Assembly: GCA_963760795.1 (NCBI GenBank)
Contig: CAVXEP010000016.1
Span: 32,001 to 96,000 of the forward strand
Length of the DNA stretch: 64,000 nucleotides
Direction of reading: 5' to 3'
From: an uncultured delta proteobacterium
GTDB taxonomy: Bacteria; Desulfobacterota; Binatia; UBA9968
Shown here: piece after piece, positions 49,099 through 59,424 of the stretch
Position numbering within the stretch: the stretch's first letter is position 1
How the letters are laid out: each line of letters starts with the position of its first letter
Translations under genes and position numbers: made by a program
The notes under the pieces: model-generated
What the model was told of the DNA's origin: nothing
The model's database searches: none
The model's input: the letters and a program-made list of their open reading frames with translations, nothing else

Positions 49099-50258
49099 TT
49101 ACGGCGCGCCGAAGAAGCGCACGGTGTTGTCATAGAGCAGTTTGCGCTTCTGAGATTCTGAAAGATCCTGCCGTTCGAGAATTTCCAGGGCGGCGTTGTC
49201 GCGACCTTCACCATGGGGGAAGTCGGAGGAGAACAGTACATGATCTTCGCCGATCAAATCGAACAGCTGTTGCAGCATGCGGTCGTCGGCTTCGGCGGCG
49301 ATGAAAATTCTGCCGGATTTGACGTAATCGCGGATGCTGGCGCGCGGCAGGTCGCCGGCGTTCGGCATGCTCAAACCGAACGGATGGGCGCCGCGGTCGA
49401 GCGGCAAGTAGTGATCCATGCGCGAGACCATGTAAAAAATCCACTCGGCGCCGAATTCTAAAAACGCCACTTTCAAGTCTTGATAGCGGTCGAGCATGCG
49501 GTGGCCGACGATGGCCATAAAGGCCAGCTGGGCCGGCAGCGACATGCCGATGATGTGGCCGTCGTAAATGCTCCGGCCCAACTGCGCCAGCGGCGGATAG
49601 CTCATACCCATGTGCACGCACAGCGGCAGCTCGGTGCGGGCGAACTCATCCCAGATCGGCAGGAAGCTCGGATCGGAAAGCAGCCGTTCGCCGGCGGTGC
49701 CGAAGACCACCGCGGCGCGGGCGCCGAGGCGCTGCATCTCCTCGATGGCGAGTAATGCCTGGCGCGGCTCGCGCAGCGGCAGCAGGCCCGACCATTTGAG
49801 CCGCCGCGGATTCGCGGCGCATTGTTTGGCGACGAAGCGATTATAGGCGCGGCACAGCGCCGCTTCGAACTCCGGGTCGCTGGTCATATGAGCGTAAAGC
49901 GTGCTCGGAAAGATCATCTGGACGTCGAAGCCCATGCGATCCATATCGGCCAGCCGTGCGCTCGGGTCGTTGAGTGTCATGCTGCCGACCGAACAATGCT
50001 CGCGGTTCATGTTAGCGCCAAATTCGCTTAACACATTGCGCGGCGTGTTGGCTTGTTGGGCGCCGGGGCCGAGAGCGTGGGGCTCCAGCGAACCTTCGAT
50101 CAGCCAGCCGGCGTTGAAATTCCCCAGACCCGTTGTCGTCGTGAATCGTCACCGGGCGCGGCCGGCGGGCGCGAAACTGCTCGCGGTAAATCTTCCCACA
50201 TGCTGGGATTGATCGAGCCATGAGCGTCGGCGTCGAAGACGCGGTAACCTTGGAGCAT
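49099..50258 (-). CDS. Amidohydrolase_2 family metalloenzyme (frameshifts between about 50030 and 50180)
   Basis: MLQGYRVFDADAH.., WLIEGSLEPHALGPG, LCVHMG, FLEFG, SSDFPHGE. Confidence 0.88.
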
Positions 50259-50319
50259 GATCTAAACTCTTCCTTTCGATTGGTGCTTCGAATGATGTGA
50301 CATGTTCCGTCTTTTTCTA

Positions 50320-50604
50320 ACTCACCACGAAGGCACGAAGAGCACGAAGTTCGGAAAAATATTTATCTGAACCCTTCGTGTCCTTCGTGCCTCCTTCGAA
50401 AATACACGTGCAGCGATGATCTCGCATCGATGAACGACTCTCTGTTCCGTCATACCGGCGCAGGCCGGTATCCATGCCCGCCTCCCGCCTCTGGATGCCG
50501 GCCTGCGCCGGCATGACGATTCCAAGGAATGAACTCTCGGGAGGGTGCTTCCGGTATTTTCATGCTCTATAGGCGAGCGTAAGCTCACGGACACTTCGTG
50601 GTGA
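50320..50604. repeat. ACGAAG-type inverted tracts flanking a REP doublet (50448-50518)
   Basis: actcaccacgaaggcacgaagagcacgaag ... cttcgtgtccttcgtgcc; CGTCATACCGGCGCAGGCCGGTATCCA...TGGATGCCGGCCTGCGCCGGCATGACG. Confidence 0.8.
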
Positions 50605-50652
50605 ATATTCCCTCACGTCAAAATTAGAAAACCATGACTTTACTTCGGTGGT

Positions 50653-51675
50653 TCAGCGCAGTTTGCGCCGGGCATCGGCCAAAAAGCCGCTTTCTTCAAG
50701 ACTTCGGACGAAGGCCGGGTTGTTGAGCTGGTTGATATCGACTTGGGTGACTTTCGGATTGATGCGCGCGACGATTTTCTGAACGAGTTTCCAGGCGGCT
50801 AGATCGGGCAACAGATCGATGGTCGCCATTTGCCCCAGCACTTTGTACGAGGCCTCGGCATCTTCCAATCTTGGAAAGCGGAAACTTTTGCGCAGGATTT
50901 CCGTCACATCGAGTTTGGCGCTGGGGTCGTGAATCAACAGGACTGAATCGACCAAGCCTTTGAGCAACCTGGTGATGGTGTCGGGGTTGTGCGACGGCGA
51001 GTCGCGCAGGAAACAGATGGTCGTGCCTTGATAGGGGATCGGCAGTTTGCCGATGTCGGCGAGCACATTGGCGCCGGCGCGTTTGGCGGCTTCGCTGAAG
51101 CTGTACGGAATTACCGTGGCGTCGACGCCGCCGGAGCCCAACGCTTGGGTGACCGTCGCGGTATCGCCGAGGATGCGCATCTTGAGATCGTACTTATCGG
51201 CATCGATGCCGAGGTGATCCAGGGCGATCATCGTCTGCAGCCAAAAGCCGCCGCCGATGCTTTGCACGCCGAAAGTTTTGCCGCGCAGATCTTCTAACGT
51301 GCGAATCTCTTTGCGCGCGACCAGCTCGCGGGGAATTTTTGCCACGGCGGAGGCGACACACTGGAGGCGCATGCCGCCGGCGCTGGCGCTGAGCGCGTTG
51401 GCCGGCGAACCGTAGTTGTATTGCACCTGGCCTGAAGCGAGGGTCGACATGCTGAGCGAGCCGTTGCGCAGCTGCACCATGCGGACGTCCAATCCATATT
51501 TTCGGAAGGTGCCGCGCTCGACGCCGACCCACATGGGTCCGGCGGTTTCATTTTGGCCGGCGTAGGCGACCAGGATCGGCGCCAGAGGTTGCGCGCGGGC
51601 TGCAAACGAAATGAGGAGAAAAAGACTCACCACGAAGGCACGAAGGACACGAAGGTTTCGGATGGTTGTTTTCAT
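50653..51675 (-). CDS. ABC-type substrate-binding protein, NMT1/THI5-like
   Basis: PMWVGVERGTFRKYGLDV, DLRGKTFGVQSIGGG, FVRSLEESGF. Confidence 0.9.
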   Translation of the reverse strand: MKTTIRNLRVLRAFVVSLFLLISFAARAQPLAPILVAYAGQNETAGPMWVGVERGTFRKYGLDVRMVQLRNGSLSMSTLASGQVQYNYGSPANALSASAGGMRLQCVASAVAKIPRELVARKEIRTLEDLRGKTFGVQSIGGGFWLQTMIALDHLGIDADKYDLKMRILGDTATVTQALGSGGVDATVIPYSFSEAAKRAGANVLADIGKLPIPYQGTTICFLRDSPSHNPDTITRLLKGLVDSVLLIHDPSAKLDVTEILRKSFRFPRLEDAEASYKVLGQMATIDLLPDLAAWKLVQKIVARINPKVTQVDINQLNNPAFVRSLEESGFLADARRKLR

Positions 51676-51706
51676 ATTTGAACCCCGCACCTTTGCGACA
51701 TTTAGC

Positions 51707-52736
51707 CTAGATTTTGTAGTAGCGCCGCGCGTTCTCGCCCAGGATCGCGGCTTTGTGCTCGTCCTTTAGATCCTTGCGCACTTGGATTTCGTCGATCTCT
51801 TCCAAGCAATTGTCCAGGGAGATTTCATGGGGAAAGTCCGAGGCGAACATGAACGGCGCCGGGCCGACGCGCTCGATGGCGTAGGCGAGCGCTTTCTCGT
51901 TGCCTTCGCAGCTGCAAAAGATTTTACCGCTGGTGAAATAGTCCACCGGTTTTCGTTTGATCTTCAGACCGCCGTACTCTTGTTCTCGCGAAAGGCGATC
52001 GAGGACCATGGGGATCCAGCAGGTGCCGCCTTCCAAGAAGCCGACGCGCAACGTCGGAAACTCATCGAACACGCCGTCGACGATCATGCCGGTGGCGGCG
52101 ATGGCCAGAGGCACAGGCATGCCCAGGGCGCGGGTGGCCGGGAAAACCGTGTAGGTGTTGAAACCCAAGTCGCCGTAGCAGCCGCCGTGCACCGCGAGCG
52201 CGCAGTCGAGTTTGGCGGCTTCCTCGTACACCGGCCAAAAATGTTTCGCGCTCAAGTGCGGGTTCAGACCATTGGACGGCAGCATGGCGCCGACCATGCC
52301 CAGCTCTTTTACCGCCCGGCGCAGTTCCGTCACCGCGGCCGGCACATCCTGGAGCGGGATCAAGGCGATACCTTTGAGGCGCGAGTTGTATTTCATATAG
52401 TTCGCGCACAGCCAGTCGTTGTACGCTTTCGCGTAGGCGATCGCCCAAGGTGCAGAAAGCCACTTGCCCGTAGGCGAGCCCTTCGGTGGGGAAGAGCGCG
52501 CTGAATTCGAGCCCCATCTTGTCGAGAAACTGCACCCACTTCTCCGGGCCGACGCTGGGATCGAAGGTGCCGGGCTTGCGCTCTTCCAAGCGCGGGGTGT
52601 GAAAGCGGTCGAGGCTCGGCAGGACCCGCCGAGGATTCATATGGCCGGTGGTCTTGAACGGTTCGCCGACCAGTCTGATGATCTCGTCGGTGTTTTCCAT
52701 CACATGACCGTCACAGTCGACAAACTTGTTTGGCAT
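51707..52736 (-). CDS. Amidohydrolase_2 family metalloenzyme (frameshift near 52455)
   Basis: FVDCDGHVME, LAVHGG, FLEGG, FASDFPHE, ILGENARRYY; GGAGG RBS. Confidence 0.9.
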
Positions 52737-52880
52737 TGGTTTTCCTCCGATCGTTACTCTGTCTTGAATAGTGGGGGCGATGGCCCGCTGTCAAATGGAA
52801 TTTCTAACCCGTGACTCTAGACCTCAGACTTGTCATCAGCACCGTTCTTGGTTTATTGCTACAACCAAGGAGACGGATCC

Positions 52881-53693
52881 ATGCCCTACGCGAAAGCCAA
52901 AGATGGTGTCGAGATTTACTATGAGGCGATTGGGAAAGGCACGCCGTTGTTGTTTTTGAGCGAGACCGCTTGCGACGGCGCGGTGTGGAATCTTTATCAG
53001 ACGCCGGAGTTTTCGCGCGATCATTGCGTCGTCACGCTGGACTATCGTGGCACAGGCCTGTCGGGAAAGCCGTCAGCGAAATATAGCACAGCCATGTTCG
53101 CGGAGGATGCCGTTGCGGTATTGGATCATCTGGGCCTCGACGGCGCCATCGTTTGCGGCCACTCCATGGGCGGGCGGGTGGCGCAATTGCTCGCCCTCGA
53201 TCATCCGCGCAAGGTCAGTAAACTGATTCTCGCTTCCAGCGGCGCGGCTCATCCGGGCGACCGCGGCATTCCGCTGCGCATCGCCAAGGAAATGGTCGAG
53301 TGGGGCTACGTGAAATATGTCCGGGATCACACCATCGTCGTCGGCTGGACCGAAGAGTACGCGCGCAATCATATGAACGAGATCGAAAAATATCTCCAGG
53401 TGCGCATGGCCAATCTCTGCCCGGTGGAGTTTTATTTCCGCCATGTGCTGGCGCGCCAGGAACATGACACCGGCGGGCGGCTGAAGGATATAAAAATTCC
53501 GACGCTGATTTTCGTCGGCGATGACGATCACTTCGTCGTCAGCGATATGTCGCATCGTAGCGGCGCCGATATCTTGGCCAAGGGGATTGCCAACTCTAAA
53601 CTGATCGTCCTGCCGGGTGCGCGGCATAGTTATTTCTATACCGAGCCGGAAAAGGTCCATGGCATGATGCGCGAGTTTCTGCAGGAAAATTGA
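52881..53693 (+). CDS. Alpha/beta fold hydrolase
   Basis: DYRGTGLS, GHSMGG, FVGDDD, ARHSYF; AAGGAG RBS. Confidence 0.92.
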   Translation: MPYAKAKDGVEIYYEAIGKGTPLLFLSETACDGAVWNLYQTPEFSRDHCVVTLDYRGTGLSGKPSAKYSTAMFAEDAVAVLDHLGLDGAIVCGHSMGGRVAQLLALDHPRKVSKLILASSGAAHPGDRGIPLRIAKEMVEWGYVKYVRDHTIVVGWTEEYARNHMNEIEKYLQVRMANLCPVEFYFRHVLARQEHDTGGRLKDIKIPTLIFVGDDDHFVVSDMSHRSGADILAKGIANSKLIVLPGARHSYFYTEPEKVHGMMREFLQEN

Positions 53694-53915
53694 CAAAGAT
53701 TGTTCACCACGAAGGTCTAGCCGCACACCGCAACCGAATTGAAGAATGGCCGCAAAGAACGCAAAGGTGCGCAAAAACCAGATCTGGTAGGGGCGAATTG
53801 CGATACGCGCTCGCGGATGACGGCGCGGCGATCGCATGATTGCGCAGACGGAAAACTATCACGGTAGAGCACCAAGTTCACGAAGGAAAGGCAAAAGATC
53901 TAGACGGAGGAAGCC

Positions 53916-55235
53916 ATGGCTTACAGTGCAAAAGGCAGAACTAAAAACTTTCCGGTGTTCGACTGCGATAGTCACATTTACGAACCGCCGGAGATTTGGG
54001 ACAAATATATTCCGCAGAAAAATCGCGATTTTGCCAAGACGCACTTCTATCGGGATTCGGACCGGTTGTTTTTGGTGCGCAACTCGCGCATCAGTTTTCG
54101 CGATCCCGACACCTGGAAATATCCCGGCGAGACTTGGCATCCGGGATTGACCAAGAAGATTATCGGCCAGACTCAGCCGGGCACTAAAGACTGGGACGAA
54201 ACCATCGGCCGCAACAAGAGCGCCCGCGATCCCCACGCGCGGTTGAAAGACATGGATGCCTCCGGCATCGACCAGGTGATGATCTTTCCGTCGACCTTTG
54301 TTTATTTGCCGCTGGTGGCAAACGCCGATGCTGCCTACATCTGCGCGCGGGCATACAACGACTGGGCCTACGATTATTGCAGTGCCGACAAGAAGCGCCT
54401 GTTTCCCGCCGCCGTGCTGCCGACGCAGAACGTCGATTTCGCCATCGAAGAGTTGCGCCGGGTCGCCAAGCGCGGCTTCAAATCGGCGTTAATCCGGCCG
54501 ATCATCGCCCAGGGCAAGTATCCGACCTTTCCTGAATACGATCCGCTATGGCGCGAGTTCGAGGAGCTGGGCATCGTCCTCGGCATGCACACCTTCCCAT
54601 CGCGCGGCGAGGCGATGTCGCCGGAGCTCGACCAGCGCATGGGCGCCAACCGCAAGCGGCTATTTTCCGACGAAGACATCATGGTCTATTCGCCGGGGCA
54701 GTTCGTCGCCAACATCATGCAGATCATGGGCTCCAAACAGGCCGGCGACGCGGCCTACGGTTTCATGGCCGAGGCGATGACCTGGACCGGCGTGGTGCTG
54801 ATGACCGGCTGGCTGGAGAAATTTCCCAAGCTCAAAGTGGCGATCCTGGAGTCCAACTCCAGTTGGCTGCCGCTGGTCCTGGAAAAAGCCGAAACCTATC
54901 TCGATCTCTACAAACATATCGGCGAAAAAATCGGCGATCCGCATGAGGTGTTTTACAAACAGTGCTTCATCGCCTTCGAAAGCGACGAGATGATTACGCT
55001 GCGGTTATGGGATCTGTTCGAGAACATCGCTCTGTGGTCCTCCGACATGCCCCATCTCGACGCGTCCGATGTCTGGGAAGCGATCGATCATATGGACAAG
55101 TACAAAGTGCCGCAAAGCGCGCGCGAGAAAATGCTCGGCGGCAACGCCCGCCGGCTCTACGGCATCGAGCCGGAGCTATGCGTGACCAAGGCGCCGGATG
55201 AGTATAAGCCGCAGACGATGTCGCGGTTTGCTTGA
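53916..55235 (+). CDS. Amidohydrolase_2 family metalloenzyme
   Basis: VFDCDSHIYEP, LGMHTF, ILESN, WSSDMPHLD, LGGNARRLY; GGAGG RBS. Confidence 0.92.
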   Translation: MAYSAKGRTKNFPVFDCDSHIYEPPEIWDKYIPQKNRDFAKTHFYRDSDRLFLVRNSRISFRDPDTWKYPGETWHPGLTKKIIGQTQPGTKDWDETIGRNKSARDPHARLKDMDASGIDQVMIFPSTFVYLPLVANADAAYICARAYNDWAYDYCSADKKRLFPAAVLPTQNVDFAIEELRRVAKRGFKSALIRPIIAQGKYPTFPEYDPLWREFEELGIVLGMHTFPSRGEAMSPELDQRMGANRKRLFSDEDIMVYSPGQFVANIMQIMGSKQAGDAAYGFMAEAMTWTGVVLMTGWLEKFPKLKVAILESNSSWLPLVLEKAETYLDLYKHIGEKIGDPHEVFYKQCFIAFESDEMITLRLWDLFENIALWSSDMPHLDASDVWEAIDHMDKYKVPQSAREKMLGGNARRLYGIEPELCVTKAPDEYKPQTMSRFA

Positions 55236-55239
55236 ATGA

Positions 55240-55395
55240 ATTGAACGCGTTCAAAACGTTCGAGTAGTTCAAGCCGTTCAAATCGTTGACGGAAGAAACT
55301 CGGTCGGATTTGTCTGAATGGTTGGAACTGGGGGGCCATGTCGCGCATCTATCCGAAAACGATTTGAACGATTTAAGCGTCTTGAACGGTTTGAG
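55240..55395. repeat. Inverted pair of 9-mer tracts between convergent genes
   Basis: cgttcaaaacgttcgagtagttcaagccgttcaaatcgtt ... aacgatttgaacgatttaagcgtcttgaacggtttga. Confidence 0.75.
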
Positions 55396-55421
55396 CTTGG
55401 GCGGGGTGCTTCCCCGCTCGT

Positions 55422-56403
55422 CTATCTTTTATACAGCTGCTTGACGAAGCCGGTCGCTTCGACTTCTCGCACCAAACTCGCGTCGACAAATTGTCGCGGA
55501 TCGGCGCTTGCCGCTTTCGGATCGCGCGGCGCCATTTCGTCGAGCAGGGTTTTTACCCCTTCCGGGGTCGGCAGCAGATTATCGGGATAGGCTGCGGTAT
55601 AGGTCTGCCAGGCGCGCTCGAGCCCTTCCTGGTCGGAGACGCGTAGATATTTGCCCCAGATCGCTTTCGACTCTTCTTTATGGGTCTTGTTGAAATGAAT
55701 CGCTTCGATCATGGCGCGGGTGAATTTCAGCAGCAGCGGCCGCTTGGCTTTGACGATCGCCTCGCGCGTTAGCACGCCGTTCCACCAAAACGGAATCTTC
55801 AACGAACCGATATCGAACAAGTGGCGGAAGCCCAGCTGCAAGGCCTGGCGCACAAAGGGCTCGGGCATGATGGTGAAATTGATCACGCCCTTGGTCAGCG
55901 CGGCGAAGCGCTCGGGGTTGCCGCCGGCGGTGATGATCCTGGCGTCTTTTTCCGGATCGATATTCAAACGGCGCAGAGCGAAGCGCAGTCCCATGTCCGA
56001 CGTGCTGCCGATACGATTGACGCCGCCGATCTTGCCTTTGAGCTGGTCGGCGGCGGTAATGTTTTGCTGGCTGATGATGTGATCGACGAAGGTGCGGACG
56101 ATGCCCAGGATCATCACGGTGTCAGCGCCGGCGAGGCGCGAACTGACCAGCGTCGTTACCGAGATCGCCGAGACATCGATTTCGCCGGCGAGCAGCGCTT
56201 GCAGGACGATGGGGCTGGCGCTGATGCTGATGATCTCAGGTTCGACGCCGTACTTCTGCAGCAGCTTTTTCTCTTGCAGCACCCAGATTGCAGCGTTGGC
56301 CGGGCTGGCGCCGGCCCAGGCGATGCGGATGCGCTCTTGAGCGTGCGCCATGGCTGCTTTGGCACAAGATGATAAGAAGCAGGCTGCACAGTTTGACGAT
56401 CAT
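55422..56403 (-). CDS. ABC-type substrate-binding protein, NMT1/THI5-like (probable frameshift in signal peptide near 56365)
   Basis: RIRIAWAG, QLKGKIGGVNRIGS, FVDASLVREVEATGFVKQLYK; ATG 56403 with GAGGAAG RBS is 1 nt out of frame. Confidence 0.88.
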
Positions 56404-56448
56404 GCTTCCTCTTCGGCTAAGGACTTTACAGAATGCGCGAGCTTAGAT

Positions 56449-56528
56449 TGTCATGCTGAGCAACAGCGGAAGCATCCACTTTCATATAATAGCAAGACGA
56501 GATTCTTCGCCTTCGGCGCAGAATGACA
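56449..56528. repeat. REP-like doublet (related to 5089-5169)
   Basis: TGTCATGCTGAGC...GCATCC ... GAGATTCTTCGCCTTCGGCGCAGAATGACA. Confidence 0.7.
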
Positions 56529-56559
56529 TCGTGCGCACGCTCAGACGATTAATCAATGC

Positions 56560-57294
56560 TTACCCCGGCATCTCGGCGAGCAGCTTGCCGTAGCCTTTGA
56601 TCGGGTGGCGCAAGCCGAGACTGAGTTGTGTGCCCCAGGCGCGCGCCGGGCCGGCGTGGACGACGGTTAAACCCGTTTGGTTTTCCAGCCGCTCGACGAT
56701 CTCCACCGATTTCCATGCCGAACCGAGCATGTAGATGCCATCGGCGTTTTTGTGCTTGCTCGCGACGCTGAGCATGAACTCAAGAACTTTCTCCGGCGGC
56801 ACTTTAGGAACGTCGGCGAAGGGGGCGCCGATGCCTTCCATGGCCAGGACTTCAAAGCCGGCATCGGTGAAGTAGCGGGCGAAGATGTTGTTCATCTTTT
56901 CCGGAAAGTAGCTGGCGCCGACGAATTTCTTCATGCCCAACGTGCGAAAGGCTTTGACGTGATTTTGCCCCGAGGTCCACATGGGCACGTTGTATTTCTT
57001 TTCCCAGCTGGCGATGAGCTCCTGTTCCTTCTTATACCCCAACAGCATGAACGGCGGCGCGCCGCTCGGGCGAACCAGATTGGCGCCCATCTTGGCGAAC
57101 TCGGCGGCTTTCGCCTCATAGCCTGGCATCGAGGTGCTGAACTCTTCCTCGGTGCCGCGGGTGAAGTTCATCGTCGAGTAGAGAAACTTGATTTTGGCGG
57201 GTATCAAGGTGTCGAGATCGAGCTCTTGTCCCGCTTCCGGACGATTGGTCGGACGGACGGTGCCGACGACGTATTCTTTTTCATCTGCCGCCAT
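56560..57294 (-). CDS. Maleate isomerase / AMDase superfamily protein lacking any Cys
   Basis: RPSGAPPFMLLG, WTSGQNHVKAF, YFTDAGFEV, DGIYMLGSAW, PIKGYGKLL; GGAGG RBS. Confidence 0.8.
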   Translation of the reverse strand: MAADEKEYVVGTVRPTNRPEAGQELDLDTLIPAKIKFLYSTMNFTRGTEEEFSTSMPGYEAKAAEFAKMGANLVRPSGAPPFMLLGYKKEQELIASWEKKYNVPMWTSGQNHVKAFRTLGMKKFVGASYFPEKMNNIFARYFTDAGFEVLAMEGIGAPFADVPKVPPEKVLEFMLSVASKHKNADGIYMLGSAWKSVEIVERLENQTGLTVVHAGPARAWGTQLSLGLRHPIKGYGKLLAEMPG

Positions 57295-57431
57295 GTTTAA
57301 TTCCTCCATTTAGAATTACGGTCCGAATCTAATCACTTACAGCGGGCCGCGGTCAAGGGTAGCTTTGCTGGACAATTTGGCGGTGCTTACCTATTATCGG
57401 CCTGCCCGTAAGATCGCGCGGCAGGTGAGCG

Positions 57432-58274
57432 ATGGATGAGCGAGTGAACAGAATTGGTTTTATCGGTTTGGGGCGCATGGGCGGCCCGATTGCGCGTAAT
57501 ATCTTGAGCGCCGGTTTCAAGCTCACGGTATACGATTTACTGCCGGAGAACGCCGTCGAGTTGATCGCCCGGGGCGCAGCTTTCGCGCCATCGCCGCGCG
57601 CCGTGGCGGCACAGTCGGCGATCGTCGCGCTGGCGGTGGTGGACGACGCTCAAGTGGACGATGTGCTGACCGGGGCCGAGGGCGTGTTCGCCGGCGCCGA
57701 CCCAGGAACAATCGTCGTGGTTCACAGCACAGTGTTGCCGGCATCGATAAAGCGCTTGGCCGAGATCGCCAAAGCGAAGGATGTCCATGTCATCGACGCG
57801 CCGGTTAGCGGCGGCGAGGCCGGCGCTCGGCAGAAGTCGCTTTGTTACATGGTTGGCGGCGACATCGCGTTGTTGGAGCGCTGCCGGGAACTGTTTGCCA
57901 CGTCCGCGCAGGAGATCATTCATATGGGCGAGTTGGGCAGCGGCGCGGCGGCGAAGCTGATCGTGCAAGTCGCAACCTGTCTCAATATGCTCGCGGCCAG
58001 CGAAGCGGAGCTGATGGCGGCGCACTGCGGTCTCGACTTTGGCGCCATGCAGCGCGTGCTGAAAAACAGTTCGGGACAAAGTTTTGTCGTCGACAATTGG
58101 CTCGACCGTTTCAAGCTGACGGAGGATCCGCTCGCGATCCGGCGCCGGCGCACCGAAGTGTTTCAGAAAAGCTTGATGCCGGCCCTGGAGTTGGCTCGCC
58201 AACTGGGGTTTGCTCTCGACGGCGCGAACTTGGCCGAGCGCTTGATGCCGAGAATCATGGGACTGGAAAAATAG
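57432..58274 (+). CDS. 3-hydroxyisobutyrate dehydrogenase family oxidoreductase
   Basis: IGFIGLGRMG, DAPVSGG, GSGAAAKL. Confidence 0.92.
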   Translation: MDERVNRIGFIGLGRMGGPIARNILSAGFKLTVYDLLPENAVELIARGAAFAPSPRAVAAQSAIVALAVVDDAQVDDVLTGAEGVFAGADPGTIVVVHSTVLPASIKRLAEIAKAKDVHVIDAPVSGGEAGARQKSLCYMVGGDIALLERCRELFATSAQEIIHMGELGSGAAAKLIVQVATCLNMLAASEAELMAAHCGLDFGAMQRVLKNSSGQSFVVDNWLDRFKLTEDPLAIRRRRTEVFQKSLMPALELARQLGFALDGANLAERLMPRIMGLEK

Positions 58275-58288
58275 CCCGTGGATGTTCG

Positions 58289-59263
58289 ATGGGAGACACC
58301 GTGAGATTTGCCGCGATACTTTTACTGTTGCTGCTGGCCGCCGGCATCAGCCGCGCCGAGGTCTTCAAGGTGGCGATGCCGAGCACGACCCAGGCGGTGC
58401 TGGCCTTCACCATCGCCCGCGACAAGGGCTATTACCGCGCCGAGGGGCTGGATGTCGAGCTCATTCTCATGAGTGCGCCCACGGCAAGCCGGGCCCTGTT
58501 GAGCGGCGATGTCAGCGTGGCCACCGTCGGCGGCGCCGGCTTGCCGCCGGTGCTGCGCGGGTCGCCGATGAAGTTTTTGTTCACGACTTACAACCGGGCG
58601 ATGTTTTGGCTCTACGCTAAAGCGGAGATCCGCGACGTCAAAGCGCTGAAGGGCAAACGAGTCGGCGTTTCCGGTATCGGCAGCGGGCCGGACTCCTTGC
58701 TGCGCGAGGTTCTGCGGCTCAACGGTCTCGATGCCAATCGCGATGTGACGATTCTTAGTCTCGGCGTCATGCCGACGATTTACGCCGGACTGCAAAGCGG
58801 TATGGTGGACGGCGCGATGCTATCGCCGCCGGTGACCTTCAAGGCAGAAGAGGCGGGCTTTCGCGAGTTGGTGGCGTTTCCAAAACAAGATCTGGTCGAA
58901 CCGCAAGGCGCCATCTTGGTTCGCGATGCTCTATTGCAATCCGATCCGGCCCAGGTCGAACGCTTCGTCCGCGGCAGTTACAAGGGATTTCTCTATCTGA
59001 GAGATAACCGCGCCGGATCGATTCCAATCGTCGCGCGCTACTTGCAGGTGAGCGACGTTCAGGCAGGGAAAGCCTACGATCAAGTGGTGCGGCCGGCGCT
59101 GACTCAAGATGGCACACTCAGTCCGGACTTGCAGGCCAAAGCGGTGGAGCATGTGCTCAAACGGCTCGATCTCAAGGACGCGCCGCCATTGGCGAAGGTC
59201 TTCGACTTCACGCTGACGCGCAAGGTGATGGCTGAATTGCAGAGCAAAGGGTGGAAGCCGTGA
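58289..59263 (+). CDS. ABC-type substrate-binding protein, NMT1/THI5-like
   Basis: Signal peptide; IARDKGYYRAEGLDVE, LKGKRVGVSGIGS, VFDFTL; start is ATG 58289 or GTG 58301. Confidence 0.9.
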   Translation: MGDTVRFAAILLLLLLAAGISRAEVFKVAMPSTTQAVLAFTIARDKGYYRAEGLDVELILMSAPTASRALLSGDVSVATVGGAGLPPVLRGSPMKFLFTTYNRAMFWLYAKAEIRDVKALKGKRVGVSGIGSGPDSLLREVLRLNGLDANRDVTILSLGVMPTIYAGLQSGMVDGAMLSPPVTFKAEEAGFRELVAFPKQDLVEPQGAILVRDALLQSDPAQVERFVRGSYKGFLYLRDNRAGSIPIVARYLQVSDVQAGKAYDQVVRPALTQDGTLSPDLQAKAVEHVLKRLDLKDAPPLAKVFDFTLTRKVMAELQSKGWKP

Positions 59264-59281
59264 GCTTGAATGGGAAGAGAT

Positions 59282-59362
59282 TTAACCACAAAGGGCACAA
59301 AGGTCACGAGAGATATTCGGATTGGGCGAGATTGGCCGCAAAGAACGCAAAGTTCGCAAAGG
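59282..59362. repeat. ACCACAAAG/GCCGCAAAG 9-mer tracts
   Basis: ttaaccacaaagggcacaaaggtcacga; ggccgcaaagaacgcaaagttcgcaaa; similar tracts at 25932, 44869, 53703. Confidence 0.7.
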
Positions 59363-59424
59363 GAAATGATGCTGAACTTGGCGCCTTCGCTGGCGGGAGT
59401 AATTTCCGAGGAAGTAATATTTAA

